NCBI GenBank assembly: GCA_963746845.1
Contig: CAVVCZ010000004.1
Coordinates: 928,001 to 992,000 of the forward strand
Source of the DNA: an uncultured Chloroflexia bacterium
GTDB lineage: Bacteria > Chloroflexota > Limnocylindria > Limnocylindrales > CSP1-4
Direction: 5' to 3'
Length of the DNA: 64,000 bases
The position numbers and the translations under genes were made by a program. Below the pieces are notes generated by a model that was not told the origin of the DNA, made no database searches, and saw only the letters and a program-made list of their open reading frames with translations. Below are positions 20,803 through 32,037 of this stretch, one piece after another (position 1 is the first letter of the stretch; each line of letters opens with the position of its first letter).

Positions 20803-21111
20803 TCAGAGCAGGACGGTCGCGTTCGTCCAGGCGCCGAACAGGCCGGCGACGATCGCGAACGCCGCCACGACGCCCGCGAGGCGCGTGTGGGACGACGGAC
20901 GATCCGACCTGGCGAGGACGGCGATGACCGCCACGACGAGGCTGAGGCCCGCCAGCTTCATGACGGCCACGAACGGGACGCCGAGCTGGGTCAGGATCTG
21001 GGCAACGAGCGGGTTGGCCTCGGCGACGGGCCCGTGCATCGCGACCATCCGGACGAACGTCCCGAGGTCCAGCATCTGGGCGGCCGTGGCGGTCACGACG
21101 GCGAGCACCAT
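20803..21111 (-). CDS. Small membrane protein (DUF5658-like)
   Basis: Three hydrophobic segments, QMLDLGTF and EANPLV motif; start uncertain (ATG at 21145 possible if an indel is present). Confidence 0.65.
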   Translation of the reverse strand: MVLAVVTATAAQMLDLGTFVRMVAMHGPVAEANPLVAQILTQLGVPFVAVMKLAGLSLVVAVIAVLARSDRPSSHTRLAGVVAAFAIVAGLFGAWTNATVLL

Positions 21112-21375
21112 CGCGGTGTTCGGGCGCGGATCGTCGTGGAGACATCTTCGTCGGACTCGCGTGCGACGTACCGGATCGACGATGCCATCGGACCCTCTGA
21201 CCTGCACGAGCGGCGGTCGACGGGCCCCTGCCCGCGCCTACCGAGACGGCGCGCCCTGTGGGGTCAGTATCGGTCCGGAGAGGAATGGGGCAATACGGTG
21301 CGCCCCCATTCGGTGCGGGTCGGCACCACGAACTGCGGCGCGCGTCGGCGCGCCGCAGGGATCAGCGTCGCGTCC

Positions 21376-21916
21376 TCACGAGCAGATGAGCCACTTCCCG
21401 CCCTCGTTGACGACCTGGACGTCCTGATCGAGCGGCGTGCTCTTGGACATCGAGCTGGCCATCATGTTCATGGCGGAATCGAGGGTCGCGTCGTCGACGG
21501 GCGCGCCGTTGGCGGCCATCATCTGCCTTGAGGATCGGCTTGAACTTCGCCGGGTCGACGGTGACCGTCATGTTCCCGGTGACATGGACCGTCGCCTTCG
21601 TGTCGGCGCGGCTCGTCTCCTTCGTCGTCACGTTGTCGAACTTCACGCTCATCGCGCTCATGACGTCGTCCAGCTTCACGCCGGCCTGGGTGAGCGCGTC
21701 GACGCCATCGGCACCGCCGAAGGCCTCCGCGATCTTGCCCTTCTGCGCCGCGCACGCGAAGTCGTCGAGCTTCGTCAGCCCGCCCGATGCGGCCGCATCG
21801 AAGGCGGCCTTGACCGAGGCGGCGGGATCGGATGACGGGCCGCCGGCGCCGCCGCACGCGGCGAACACCATGACGATGACGGCCAGGAGCGCGAGACGCA
21901 CGCGGGCTGCGGACAT
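21376..21916 (-). CDS. Lipoprotein of unknown function (apparent frameshift near 21525)
   Basis: Lipobox VFAAC, strong SD GGGGAGG; shifted frame ends VVNEGGKWLICS. Confidence 0.75.
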
Positions 21917-22010
21917 CGGTGTGGACCTCCCCTTCCTCTCCGAACGCTTGGGCTGTCGCCCAGTCTAGACCGGTGGGGGGGCCGAAACCGGACCGTCCGG
22001 CCGGCCGGGC

Positions 22011-24386
22011 TCAGCGCCGGCGGGCGGGTCGGGATCCGGTGCGCCGGCGGACGTTCGGGGTCACCGACCGATCCCAGGTCGGGCGGTCGCGCCATGCCGC
22101 GCCGCGGCCCTCGTCCTCGTGCTCGTCGCGGATCCCCGGCAGCCAGTCGCTCGCGGTGTTCAGGTCCGTGGATCCGTCCTCGTCGCCGTGCGGGTCGGCG
22201 TCCAGCGTGTCCGACGGCTCCTCCTCCGCCGGCAGGACGGTCACGCTCGTGACCTCGAACGCCGGCAGCTCCGCCCGTGCCTCACCCGCACGCGCGGTCC
22301 GCTTGCGATCCGCCGCCCCCACCAGACCCGTGCCCCGGCCCGACGCCGCCCGCTCGGCGGCCCGGCCCACGACGAGCGACTCGTCCTGCTCGAGGACCCG
22401 CAGGCGGATCGCCTGGACTTCGTCGCGGAGCGCCGCCGCCCGCTCGAAGTCCAGCTCGCGGGCCGCCGAGCGCATCTCGGTCTCCATCCGCGCCACGAGC
22501 TTCTCGATCGCCGCGGTGTTCTCGAGGGTCAGGGCCCGGCCGGCGAGCTCCTGGCGCTCGGAGGTGTAGACGACCGTGGACTGGGCGACGTACCGCAGTC
22601 GCTCGTTGAGGTCGTGGATCTCCTTGACGATCGTCGTCGGCTCGATCCCGTTCTTCTGGTTGTAGGCCTCCTGGATCCCGCGTCGCCGGTTTGTCTCGTC
22701 GATCGCCGCCGCCATCGACTCCGTCGTCGTGTCGGCGTACATCACGACCTTGCCGCCGATGTTCCGGGCCGCCCGGCCGATCATCTGGATGAGCGACCAC
22801 GAGCTGCGGAGGAAGCCTTCCTTGTCCGCGTCGAGGATCGCGACGAGCGTCACCTCCGGCAGGTCGATCCCCTCGCGCAGGAGGTTGATCCCGACGAGGA
22901 CATCGAAGACGCCGAGCCGGAGGTCGCGCAGGATCGCGACCCGCTCGAGCGTGTCGACCTCGCTGTGGAGGTACTGGACCTTGACCCCGAGCTCCTTGAG
23001 GTAGTCGGCGAGGTCCTCGGCCATCTTCTTCGTCAGCGTCGTCACGAGGGCACGCTCGCCGCGCTCCGTCAGCTGGCGGATCTCCTCCATGAGGTCGTCG
23101 ATCTGGCCGTCCGTCGGGCGAACCTCGATCGACGGGTCGACGACGCCGGTCGGCCGGATCAGCTGCTCGACGACCTGCTGGCTCCGCTCGTGCTCGTACG
23201 GACCGGGCGTCGCGGACATGTGGACGACCTGGTTCAGGTGGCCCTCGAACTCGTCGAAGGTCAGCGGCCGGTTGTCGAGCGCCGACGGCAGCCGGAACCC
23301 GAAGTCGACGAGGATCTCCTTGCGCGTCCGGTCGTTCTTGTACATGCCGACGACCTGGGGGATCGTCATGTGCGATTCGTCGACGACGAGCAGCCAGTCC
23401 GGCGGGAAGTAGTCCAGGAGGGTCCACGGCCGGGACCCCGCCTCCCGCCGCGACAGATGGCGCGAGTAGTTCTCGATGCCGGTGCAGAAGCCGAGCTCGC
23501 GCATCATCTCGAGGTCGAACGTCGTCCGCTGGCGGAGCCGGGCGCCCTCGAGGACGCGGCCCTCGGCCTCCAGCTGGCCGACCCGCTCCTCCATCTCCGC
23601 GTCGATGTCGACGATCGCCTCCTTCATCTTCTCGGCGGGCGTCACGTAGTGGCTGGCGGGGTAGACGTTGACCTCTCGCCGCTCGGCCAGGAGCTCGCCG
23701 GTCAGCGGGTCGACCTCGGTGATCCGCTCCACCTCGTCGCCGAAGAACTCGACCCGGACGAGGGTCTCCTCCGACGCCGGCTGGAACTCGAGGGTGTCGC
23801 CGCGGACGCGGAAGCGGGCCCGCTGGAGCGCCTGGTCGTTGCGCTGGTACTGGAGGTCGACCAGCTGCCGGAGGACCGTGTCCCGCCGGTAGGAGCCGCC
23901 CTGGCGGAGGCGCAGGACCGTTGCCCCGTAGTCGACGGGTGCCCCGAGGCCGTAGATGCACGAGACCGAGGCGACGATGATCACGTCGCGCCGCTCGAAC
24001 AGGGCATGGGTCGCCGCGTGACGGAGCCGATCGATCTCGTCGTTGCGGGACGAGTCCTTCTCGATGTACGTGTCGCTCCGCGGCAGGTATGCCTCCGGCT
24101 GGTAGTAGTCGAAGTAGCTCACGAAGTACTCGACCGCGTTGTCCGGGAAGAACTCGCGGAACTCCGAGTAGAGCTGGGCCGCCAGCGTCTTGTTGTGCGC
24201 GAGCACCAGCGTCGGCTTGCCGTGGGCCTCGATCGTCCGGGCGATCGTGAACGTCTTGCCGGTGCCGGTCGCACCGAGCAGCGTCTGGTGCTTCAGGCCC
24301 TTCGCGAGCCCGTCCACGAGGCGATCGATCGCCTGCGGCTGATCGCCGGTCGGTTCGAACGGGGCGACGAGGCGGAAATCGGGCAC
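22011..24386 (-). CDS. uvrB: Excinuclease ABC subunit B with C-terminal extension
   Basis: GTG start VPDFRL; [57 protein letters not shown] domain [15 protein letters not shown]. Confidence 0.97.
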   Translation of the reverse strand: MPDFRLVAPFEPTGDQPQAIDRLVDGLAKGLKHQTLLGATGTGKTFTIARTIEAHGKPTLVLAHNKTLAAQLYSEFREFFPDNAVEYFVSYFDYYQPEAYLPRSDTYIEKDSSRNDEIDRLRHAATHALFERRDVIIVASVSCIYGLGAPVDYGATVLRLRQGGSYRRDTVLRQLVDLQYQRNDQALQRARFRVRGDTLEFQPASEETLVRVEFFGDEVERITEVDPLTGELLAERREVNVYPASHYVTPAEKMKEAIVDIDAEMEERVGQLEAEGRVLEGARLRQRTTFDLEMMRELGFCTGIENYSRHLSRREAGSRPWTLLDYFPPDWLLVVDESHMTIPQVVGMYKNDRTRKEILVDFGFRLPSALDNRPLTFDEFEGHLNQVVHMSATPGPYEHERSQQVVEQLIRPTGVVDPSIEVRPTDGQIDDLMEEIRQLTERGERALVTTLTKKMAEDLADYLKELGVKVQYLHSEVDTLERVAILRDLRLGVFDVLVGINLLREGIDLPEVTLVAILDADKEGFLRSSWSLIQMIGRAARNIGGKVVMYADTTTESMAAAIDETNRRRGIQEAYNQKNGIEPTTIVKEIHDLNERLRYVAQSTVVYTSERQELAGRALTLENTAAIEKLVARMETEMRSAARELDFERAAALRDEVQAIRLRVLEQDESLVVGRAAERAASGRGTGLVGAADRKRTARAGEARAELPAFEVTSVTVLPAEEEPSDTLDADPHGDEDGSTDLNTASDWLPGIRDEHEDEGRGAAWRDRPTWDRSVTPNVRRRTGSRPARRR

Positions 24387-24418
24387 GAACCCACGATACA
24401 CCGGCCGGCGGAATGACG

Positions 24419-24432
24419 CGAACATGCGTTCG
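24419..24432. promoter_or_regulatory. LexA (SOS) box upstream of uvrB
   Basis: CGAACatgcGTTCG, a perfect GAAC-N4-GTTC; overlaps the expected -35 of the uvrB promoter with -10 TATCGT (24393-24398, minus strand). Confidence 0.85.
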
Positions 24433-24519
24433 GTACGGGTGCCGGCGAGCGGGCACCACCGTTGGTACGAACGCACGCGAACGGCATGACTAACGTGGGG
24501 CTGGTGGCACCACGAAGCG

Positions 24520-25134
24520 ATGCGATGCTCCGGCGAGCGGCGCCCCCATGTCCTGGCGTTCCGCGGTTTCGGCGAGGCGAGATTGCAGCGCAACCGGCAG
24601 GTCGCGAGGGACGGAGAGGCCGGTCAGACGCTGGTCGAGTTCTCGCTCGTCTTCACCTTGTTCATCACGCTGATGATGGCCGTCATCGAGTTCGGCGTGC
24701 TCTACAACAACATCCTCACCGTCCAGTTCGCGTCACGCCAGGGGGTGAGCGTCGCCGCGGAGATGGGTGGTGAGGACGGCGCCGACTGCGCGATCCTCAA
24801 GGCGGTCGAGGACGCCCTCCAGACGCCGGTGAACCACAGCGCCATCTCGGCCGTCGAGATCTACCAGTCCGACGCGAACGGCGACAAGATCGCCGGCAAG
24901 GTCAATCGGTACACCCGGACCGGAACGCTCGATTGCCCCGGCACCGCGACCGAGCCGTACACGCTCGTCGGATCCGAGGGCTATCCGGAGGTGGATCGTG
25001 GCGACGTGCTCACCGACCTCGACATGGTGGGCGTCCACATCGACTACACGTACTACGGGATCACGCCGTTCGCGGCGGGCCGGTCCTGGGCCGTGAGCGA
25101 CGGCGCGACGCTGCGCATGGAGCCGAAGCAATGA
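24520..25134 (+). CDS. TadE-family pseudopilin
   Basis: [10 protein letters not shown] prepilin motif plus TM, ASRQG; true start may be further downstream (near 24583). Confidence 0.85.
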   Translation: MRCSGERRPHVLAFRGFGEARLQRNRQVARDGEAGQTLVEFSLVFTLFITLMMAVIEFGVLYNNILTVQFASRQGVSVAAEMGGEDGADCAILKAVEDALQTPVNHSAISAVEIYQSDANGDKIAGKVNRYTRTGTLDCPGTATEPYTLVGSEGYPEVDRGDVLTDLDMVGVHIDYTYYGITPFAAGRSWAVSDGATLRMEPKQ

Positions 25135-25703
25135 GCCGACGCCGGCCGATCCACCACCCATCGTCGCGCCGGGACCGACAGGGCGCCCAGGCGCTCGTCG
25201 AGTTCGCGCTCCTCCTCCCCGTGTTCCTCCTCGTTCTCATGGGCGCCATCGAGTTCGGCTCGGCCATCGACCACCGCACGGCGATGGCCTATGCGGTGCG
25301 CGAGGGCGCACGGGTCGGGGCATCGCTCGGCAGCGGGGGCACCACCCCGTCGGCGGTCGATCCGGCGATCGTCGCGGCCGTTCAGCGCGGACTGACCGAC
25401 CCGATCCTCATGGAGAACATCACCTCGATCCAGATCTTCAAGGCCAACTCGAGCGGCCAGCCGACCTCGACCTACGTGAACACCTACGACCGGAACGGCG
25501 TCCTCCAGGGGACGGCCGGCTGGCCGGCGTCGACCCGCATCTCGGGTGTCAGTGCCGACTCGATCGGCGTCCGGGTCCGCTACGACTTCCATCCGAACAC
25601 CCCACTGGCCACGTTGATCGGCCTGTTCGGCGGCGGCCCCGCCCCGTACACGACCCTGCCGATGACCGACACCTCGGTCATGCGCCTCGAACCGACGCCA
25701 TGA
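25131..25703 (+). CDS. TadE-family pseudopilin
   Basis: AQALVEFALLLP, AVREGARVG; ATG overlaps the previous stop. Confidence 0.88.
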   Translation: MSRRRPIHHPSSRRDRQGAQALVEFALLLPVFLLVLMGAIEFGSAIDHRTAMAYAVREGARVGASLGSGGTTPSAVDPAIVAAVQRGLTDPILMENITSIQIFKANSSGQPTSTYVNTYDRNGVLQGTAGWPASTRISGVSADSIGVRVRYDFHPNTPLATLIGLFGGGPAPYTTLPMTDTSVMRLEPTP

Positions 25704-27249
25704 CCGGCGTGCTCGAGAGGCTCCGTGGCCGCAGTCGGCGCGCCCGCGGCCAGGTCATCGTCATGTTCGTGCGGAGCGCTCGTCCTGCTCTTCGCCGTGC
25801 TGGCGCTCGTCATCGACGTCGGCAACTTCTGGAACGCCTCCATTCACACCCAGCTCGCCGCCGAGGCCGCGGCCCTGGCGGGTGTGCCGTACATGCCGGG
25901 CGATTACGCAACGGCCTCGTCGATGGCGACCGCCGAAGCCTCGAAGAACGGCTACTCGACGACGACCGGTGCCACGGTCACGCCCGCGATCAACGCCGAG
26001 TCCGACCGGCGGATCGACGTGACGATCTCCTCGAACGTGAACACCTACTTCCTCGGCATCCTCGGGGTGCGCACCGTCCGGATCACGCGGACGGCGACCG
26101 CCGAGTACACGCTGCCGGTGCCGATGGGCAGCCCGCTCAGCAACTTCGGCGACAACTCGGGCAAGTTCTGGACGGTCATCGCGGCGCAGGGCTCCGATCG
26201 CGGCAACGGCGACGCCTACGCGTCGTACTACAACCCGAACCCGACCCTGAACACCCAGTACGACGCCAACGGCTACAACTACGCGATCGACGTGCCGGCA
26301 GGGGCAGGGTCGACGAGCGTCGACCTCTACGACGCGACGTTCTGTGCCGTCGACCCGACGAAGGGCACCGGCGACCGATGGCTCCCGTACAACCAATCGG
26401 GGTGGCCGTCCGTGTCGACGTACTTCACGCTCTGGTCGGATCCCGCCGCGACCCCGCTCGACTACAGCGACGACGTGGTCGTCGCGGCCACGGGCACGCG
26501 GTTCGAGCACGAGCGGCAATCGGATCGGAGCGCCGCCTATCGCGAGACGTCGGCGAGCTATCCCAGCAGCGCGTTCTTCTCGCTGACCGACTGCACCTCG
26601 AGCATCTACCACAACGCCTGGTGGACTCTCGCGAACGCTGACCTCGCCCGGGACGTACCGGCTGCAGGTCACGACGACGATGGCCTCCAACCCGAACGAC
26701 CAGAAGGGGACGAGCGCCTCGAACAAGTTCGGCGTCCGGGCGATCTCGACCGACCCGACCCACCGGGCGAGCGTCTACGGCCTCGGCCGGATGGCGATCT
26801 ACGCCAACATCTCGAACGGCACGACGAACTTCTATCTCGCACGGATCGACGCGGTCCACGCCGGCAAGACGATGGTCGTCTCGCTGTTCGACCCGGGCGA
26901 CGCCAGCGGCACGGCCTCGATCCAGGTGATGAAGCCCACGACGACGGGGTACACGGCCGCGACGTTCAGCTACACGGCGGACAGCAACGCGTCGTCGTGC
27001 TGTCGGAGCGGCACGAACGTCACGAGCCTGACGACCGTCCAGAGCGGCACCAGCCGGTACAACAACTCGTGGGTGACGCTGACGATCCCCCTGCCGAAGA
27101 CGTACACCGCGCCCCTGCCCCCGGGCGAGCCCGCCGGCACGCTCGGCGGCTGGTGGAAGATCGCCTACACCTACGACAGCGTCGCGACCGACTCGACCAC
27201 CTGGCAGGTCTCGATCCGCGGCAACCCCGTCCACCTCGTCCAGACCTGA
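25700..27249 (+). CDS. TadG-like pilus tip protein (apparent frameshifts near 25770 and 26650)
   Basis: RGQVIVMF, LVIDVGN, QLAAEAAALAG; long Thr/Ser/Asn-rich beta region; joins ORFs 25700, 25725 and 26680. Confidence 0.78.
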
Positions 27250-27419
27250 CCGGGCGCACCCGAGCGTCGCGCCGCCGTTGGTACTTTCGACCGATTGGTG
27301 ACGCGGGTGGTGCGTCCTGACAATCTCCTCGATCGAATCCGACCGGAATCCCCGTCCGCCAACGCCCCATTCGTCCCCGTTCTGCCGCTCGGCGGCCCCC
27401 CACCTGGAAGGTCCAACCC

Positions 27420-28289
27420 ATGGAATTCGAGTACCGGGATCCCTCGCGCTTCCGCGGAAAGGCGATCATCGCCATCGGCCTCGTCGCCGCTCTCGCAGCG
27501 GGTGGACTGGCGTTCTACGCCGTCTACCAGGCCCGGCAGGACGCCCAGGTCGCGGGGACCGCGTTGGTCCCGGTCGTCGTCGCCGCGCAGCCGATCGGCG
27601 CCCGCAAGGCGATCGAGGCGGGCGACGTCGCGCTCCGTGAGGTCCCCGCGGACCCGACCAACGACCAGGGCGTGTTCACGGACCCGGCCAAGGTCGTCGG
27701 GCTGATGGCGACCGTGCCGATCCTCGTCGGCCAGCCCGTGTACGCGAACATGCTCGTGAGCGCCGAGACCGGCGAGGGTCTGGCGATCCTCGACCCCGGC
27801 GAGACGGTCGGACCGGATTCCGAGGCCTGGCGCGCCGTGTCGCTGACCGTGCCCGACGATCGGGCGGTCGGCGGGATGATCCAGGCCGGCGACATCGTCG
27901 ACGTGTTCGTCACGACGCCCGTCACGGTCCCGGTCGACATGACCGCGGCCGGCAAGTACATGTCCGACAAGTCGACCAAGGTCACGTACCAGAACGTGAA
28001 GATCCTCGAGCGCTCGACCAACTACTACGTCGTGCGCGTGTCGCTCCAGGTGGCCGAGGAGATCAGCCACTTCCAGGCCGCAGGCTCGGGCTCGTTCAGC
28101 TTCGCCCTGCGCCCCAACGAGGACACCCGCTTCGCCGACGCAACGAAGCTCGGTGAGACGACCAACGTCCTGATCAAGCGCTACGGGCTGCCGATCCCCG
28201 AGGTCTACCCGGGGAGCGGACCGGTCACCGTGACGGCCACGCCGTCGCCGACGCCGGTGATCGAGCCCGGACCCTCGGCCGCTCCGTAG
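27420..28289 (+). CDS. cpaB: Flp pilus assembly protein CpaB/RcpC (SAF domain)
   Basis: TM, VVVAAQPI (SAF), RAVSLTV, VGGMIQAGDIVDV, QNVKIL, FALRP. Confidence 0.85.
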   Translation: MEFEYRDPSRFRGKAIIAIGLVAALAAGGLAFYAVYQARQDAQVAGTALVPVVVAAQPIGARKAIEAGDVALREVPADPTNDQGVFTDPAKVVGLMATVPILVGQPVYANMLVSAETGEGLAILDPGETVGPDSEAWRAVSLTVPDDRAVGGMIQAGDIVDVFVTTPVTVPVDMTAAGKYMSDKSTKVTYQNVKILERSTNYYVVRVSLQVAEEISHFQAAGSGSFSFALRPNEDTRFADATKLGETTNVLIKRYGLPIPEVYPGSGPVTVTATPSPTPVIEPGPSAAP

Positions 28290-28310
28290 TCCCGGGCGGC
28301 GGCGAGCCGC

Positions 28311-28959
28311 TCAGTCGCGGGTCAGCGCCCGGTCCCAGGCCGCGGCGACCCGCGCGCGGGCATCGGCCGGCGGGCCGGACGTGTCGATGACGCGCGTGGC
28401 CACCGGCCGGAGCCGCTCGACCATCCCGGCCTGACCGGCGATCCGCTGGTCCGCGTCGTCGGGCGCGAGCCCGCGGTCGATCACCCGCTCGCGCTGGACC
28501 GTGCCGGCGCACGTCACGAGCCAGACCTCGTCGCAGATCCGGGCGAGCCCGCCCTCGACGAGCTTGATCGCCTCGATGACGACGGCCGGGGCGCCCGCCG
28601 CCTCGGACTCGGCGATCAGCTCGAGGATCCGCGGGCGGACGATCGGATGGACGATCGCCTCGAGCTGGGCGAGATAGACCGGATCGCGGAAGACGACGCG
28701 GGCCAGGGCCGCCCGATCCAGCGTCGCGTCCGTCGCCCGGACCCCGTCGCCGAACAGGCTCAGGATCGCGTCGTGGGCCGGCTGGCCCGGCGCGGTCAGC
28801 TCCCGCGCCACGACGTCGGCGTCGATCACGACGGCGCCCCGCTCGGCGAGCCAGCCGGCGACCGTCGTCTTGCCGCAGCCGATCGGCCCGGTCAGGCCGA
28901 TCCGGACGGTCCGGGGCAGGTCCGTGGCCCGGGGCCTCGCCCGTCTCGGGGTCCGTCAT
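28311..28959 (-). CDS. coaE: Dephospho-CoA kinase (apparent frameshift near the start)
   Basis: IGLTGPIGCGKTT, VIDAD, LDRAALARVVF, LEAIVHP, RIAGQ. Confidence 0.92.
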
Positions 28960-30988
28960 GGGGCCCGCTCCTCGAGCTCCAGCCACGCGTCCTCGGCCGC
29001 CGCGAGCGCCCCCTCGACGTCGGCGAGCTCGCTCGCGACGCGTCGCATCTCGACGAAGTTCGTCGCGATCGCCGGCGAGCCCATCGACAGCTCCAGCTGC
29101 GTCTTCCGCAGGCCGAGCCGGGTCAGCTCGGCATCGACCGCGGCCCGCTGGCGGCGGTAGGCGTCCTTCGACAGCTTCTCGCGCGTCCTGCCGCCGCGGG
29201 CCGCCGGCCGTGCGACGGCACCGTTGGTCGAGGCCGCGACCGGTGTCGCCGCGCGCCTCGCGCTCCGCGGTGCCGGTCGCGATGCGGGCGCCTGCCGCCG
29301 TCGCGCCTCCCGCTCGGCGGCGTCGCCGACGTTCCAGCCGTCGGCCACGGCGGCGCGCCACTCCTTCCATCCGCCCGCGAACGGGACCGCCAGCCCATCG
29401 TCGACGACCCACAGCGTCGAGCAGACGGTCTCGAGCAGACGCCGGTCGTGGGACACGACGAGCAGCGTGGCGGGCGATTCGACCATGAACGTCTCGATCG
29501 CCTCGCGCGCCGGGATGTCGAGGTGGTTCGTGGGCTCGTCCAGGAGCAGCAGGTTCGACGGCATGATGCCGAGCAGCGCCAGCTCCAGCCGGGACCGCTC
29601 GCCGCCGGACAGCGAGCGGACCTCCTTGAAGACGTCGTCGCCGCGGAACAGGAAGCGGGCGAGGAACGAGCGCGCCTCCCCGGGCGTGACCGGGATCGCC
29701 TCGAGGAGCGCGTCGAGCACGGTCGTGCCCGGGATCGCGGCGCCGCGGAGCTGGGCGAGGTAGCCGGGCTGGACGGCGTGGCCGAACGAGAGGGCTCCGT
29801 CGAGCGGCGGCAGGTCGCCCGCGATCGTCCGGAGGAGCGTCGTCTTGCCCGCCCCGTTCGGCCCGACGATGCCGATCCGGTCGCCGCGCTGGGCGGCGAG
29901 GAACGGCGCGCGTGGCGACGCGCTTCGGTTCGGACGCGGGCCGGCCGTCCGCGTCGAGCGCGCCGCGCCCCGGCAGGTAGCCGACGACGAGCCCCTCCGC
30001 CCGGACGACGATCTCGCCGGATCGCGTGGCGCCGCCGCCCGCCAGCGCCCCCGCCGGCAGCCGCAGCTTCCGGCTCGTCTTCGGCGCCTCGACCCGCTCC
30101 GCCTGGAGCCGCTCGAGCCGGGCCTCGTGCTCGTGCATCTTGCTGAACTTCCGGTGCGACCGGTAGCGCTGGACGAGCTCCTTCTCGCGCTCGATCGACT
30201 CCGCCTGGGTGTCGGCGTCCTTCGCGGCCCGGACGTCCCGCTCGACCCGCTGACGGTGGTACGCGCTGTAGTCGCCGCGGAAGGCGGTCAGCCGCCGGTC
30301 GCGCAGCTCCCAGACCCGCGTGACGGTCGCATCGAGGAACGCCCGGTCATGCGAGGCGACGAGGAGCGCGCCGTGGCGGCGCCGGAGGTGCTCCTCCAGC
30401 CACTCGATCGCGCTGATGTCGAGATGGTTCGTCGGCTCGTCGAGGAGGAGCAGGTCCGGCTGGGCGATCACGAGCCGGGCGAGCGTCGCGCGGGTCTGCT
30501 CGCCGCCGGACAGCGCCGTCGGCGGCCGCGCCCACTCGTCGCGGGTGAAGCCGAGCCCGGACAGGGCCTCGTCGACCCGCTGGTCCAGGGTGTAGCCGCC
30601 GAGGATGTCGAACTGGTGCTGGAGGTCGGCGTAGACGGGATCCTCGACCCGGCCGGCGGCCTCGAGCTCCGCGAGTTGCGCCGCCATCTCCTCGAGGTGC
30701 GCCGCCCCGTGGCGGACGGCCGCCCGGAGGTCCGGCGCCGCCATGAACGCGGCGTCGAAGTGCGACTCCTGGGCGAGCAGCCCGATCGACAGCCCGCGCT
30801 TGCGATGGACGGCGCCGCCGTCGGGCTCGTCCCGGCCGGCGGCGATCCGGAGCATCGTCGTCTTGCCCGCGCCGTTCGGCCCGACGAGCCCGATCCGGTC
30901 GTCGACCGCGACCGCGGCCGTGATGTCGTCGAGGATCACGAACGTCCCGACCTCGCGCCGGACGCCGCTCGAGCCGGAGGATCGACAC
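28956..30988 (-). CDS. ABC-F family ATPase (Uup/YdiF-like; apparent frameshifts near 30960 and 29915)
   Basis: Two GPNGAGKTT, LSGGEQ/LSGGER, two LLLDEPTNHLD, SHDR, C-terminal coiled coil; no TM. Confidence 0.9.
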
Positions 30989-30991
30989 GGC

Positions 30992-32027
30992 TCAGCCCCC
31001 GACCGAGGCGCGGGCGGCCGCCCGTCGCGTCGCGGCGGCTCGACGCGTGCGCTCCGCCCGCGATGCCGATGCCCCGGCGCGTCCGCGCGAGCCACCGTCG
31101 CGCGCCGGCCCGACGCTCCCCTCCCCGCCCGGCAGCTCGGACCAGCGCCGCCCCGGCCGATCCGGCACGGCGCATCGTCCGCAGGATCGCCCGGGCTCCC
31201 GCCCGATCCGACGCGGGCAGCCGCTGGTCCCACGAGCAGAAGTGCGTCGCGCGACCACCGACGACGATCCGCCGGATCGGCCGACCGCAGCGGAGGCACG
31301 GCTCGCCGGTCCGCTGGTAGACGGCGAGGTGGTCCTGCATCTCGCCGTCGCCGTCGGGCGCGGTGTAGTCGTCGATCGACGAGCCGCGCCGGATCACCGC
31401 CTCCGCGAGGATCCGCCGCAGCTCCTGCCACAGCCGGCGCTCGTCCGGGGGACGAAGCGTGCGTGCCGTCCGGAGCGGGTGCAGCCGGGCCGCCCACAGC
31501 GCCTCGTCCGCGTAGATGTTGCCGACGCCCGCGACGAACGTCTGGTCGAGGAGGAGCGGCTTCAACCGGCCCTTCCGCGCGCGGAGTCGCGTCCGGAAGG
31601 CGCGGACGGTGAACGCATCCGAGAGCGGCTCCGGGCCGATCGTCGCGAACGGGTCCTCCGCACCGAGATACAGCCCGACCTTGCCGAACTTCCGGATGTC
31701 GCGGAAGCGGATCTCGCGACCGTCGTCGAGCGCCAGCACGAGCCGGACGTACGGGTCCTCGGGGCCGCCCTGCGGCACGACGAACAGCTGTCCGGTCATC
31801 TTCAGGTGGATCGTCAGGAGCGCCTCGCCGCTCAGCGCGATCGCGAGCTGCTTCCCGCGCCGCCCGACCGTCTCGATCCGCCGGCCGGCGATCCCGTCGG
31901 CGAACGCCTCGGGCGACATGGCGCGCAGGGTCCGCGGCCAGCGTGTCGCGGCGTCGACGATCGTGGCACCGGTGATCAGCGGGCGGAGGTCGCGGGCGAC
32001 CGTCTCGACCTCGGGAAGCTCGGGCAT
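30992..32027 (-). CDS. mutM: Formamidopyrimidine-DNA glycosylase (3' end uncertain)
   Basis: MPELPEVET, RRGK, HLKMTG, DIRKFG, LLDQTFVAGVGNIYADE, zinc finger CLRC...CSWD. Confidence 0.95.
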
Positions 32028-32037
32028 CGGCGGAAGC

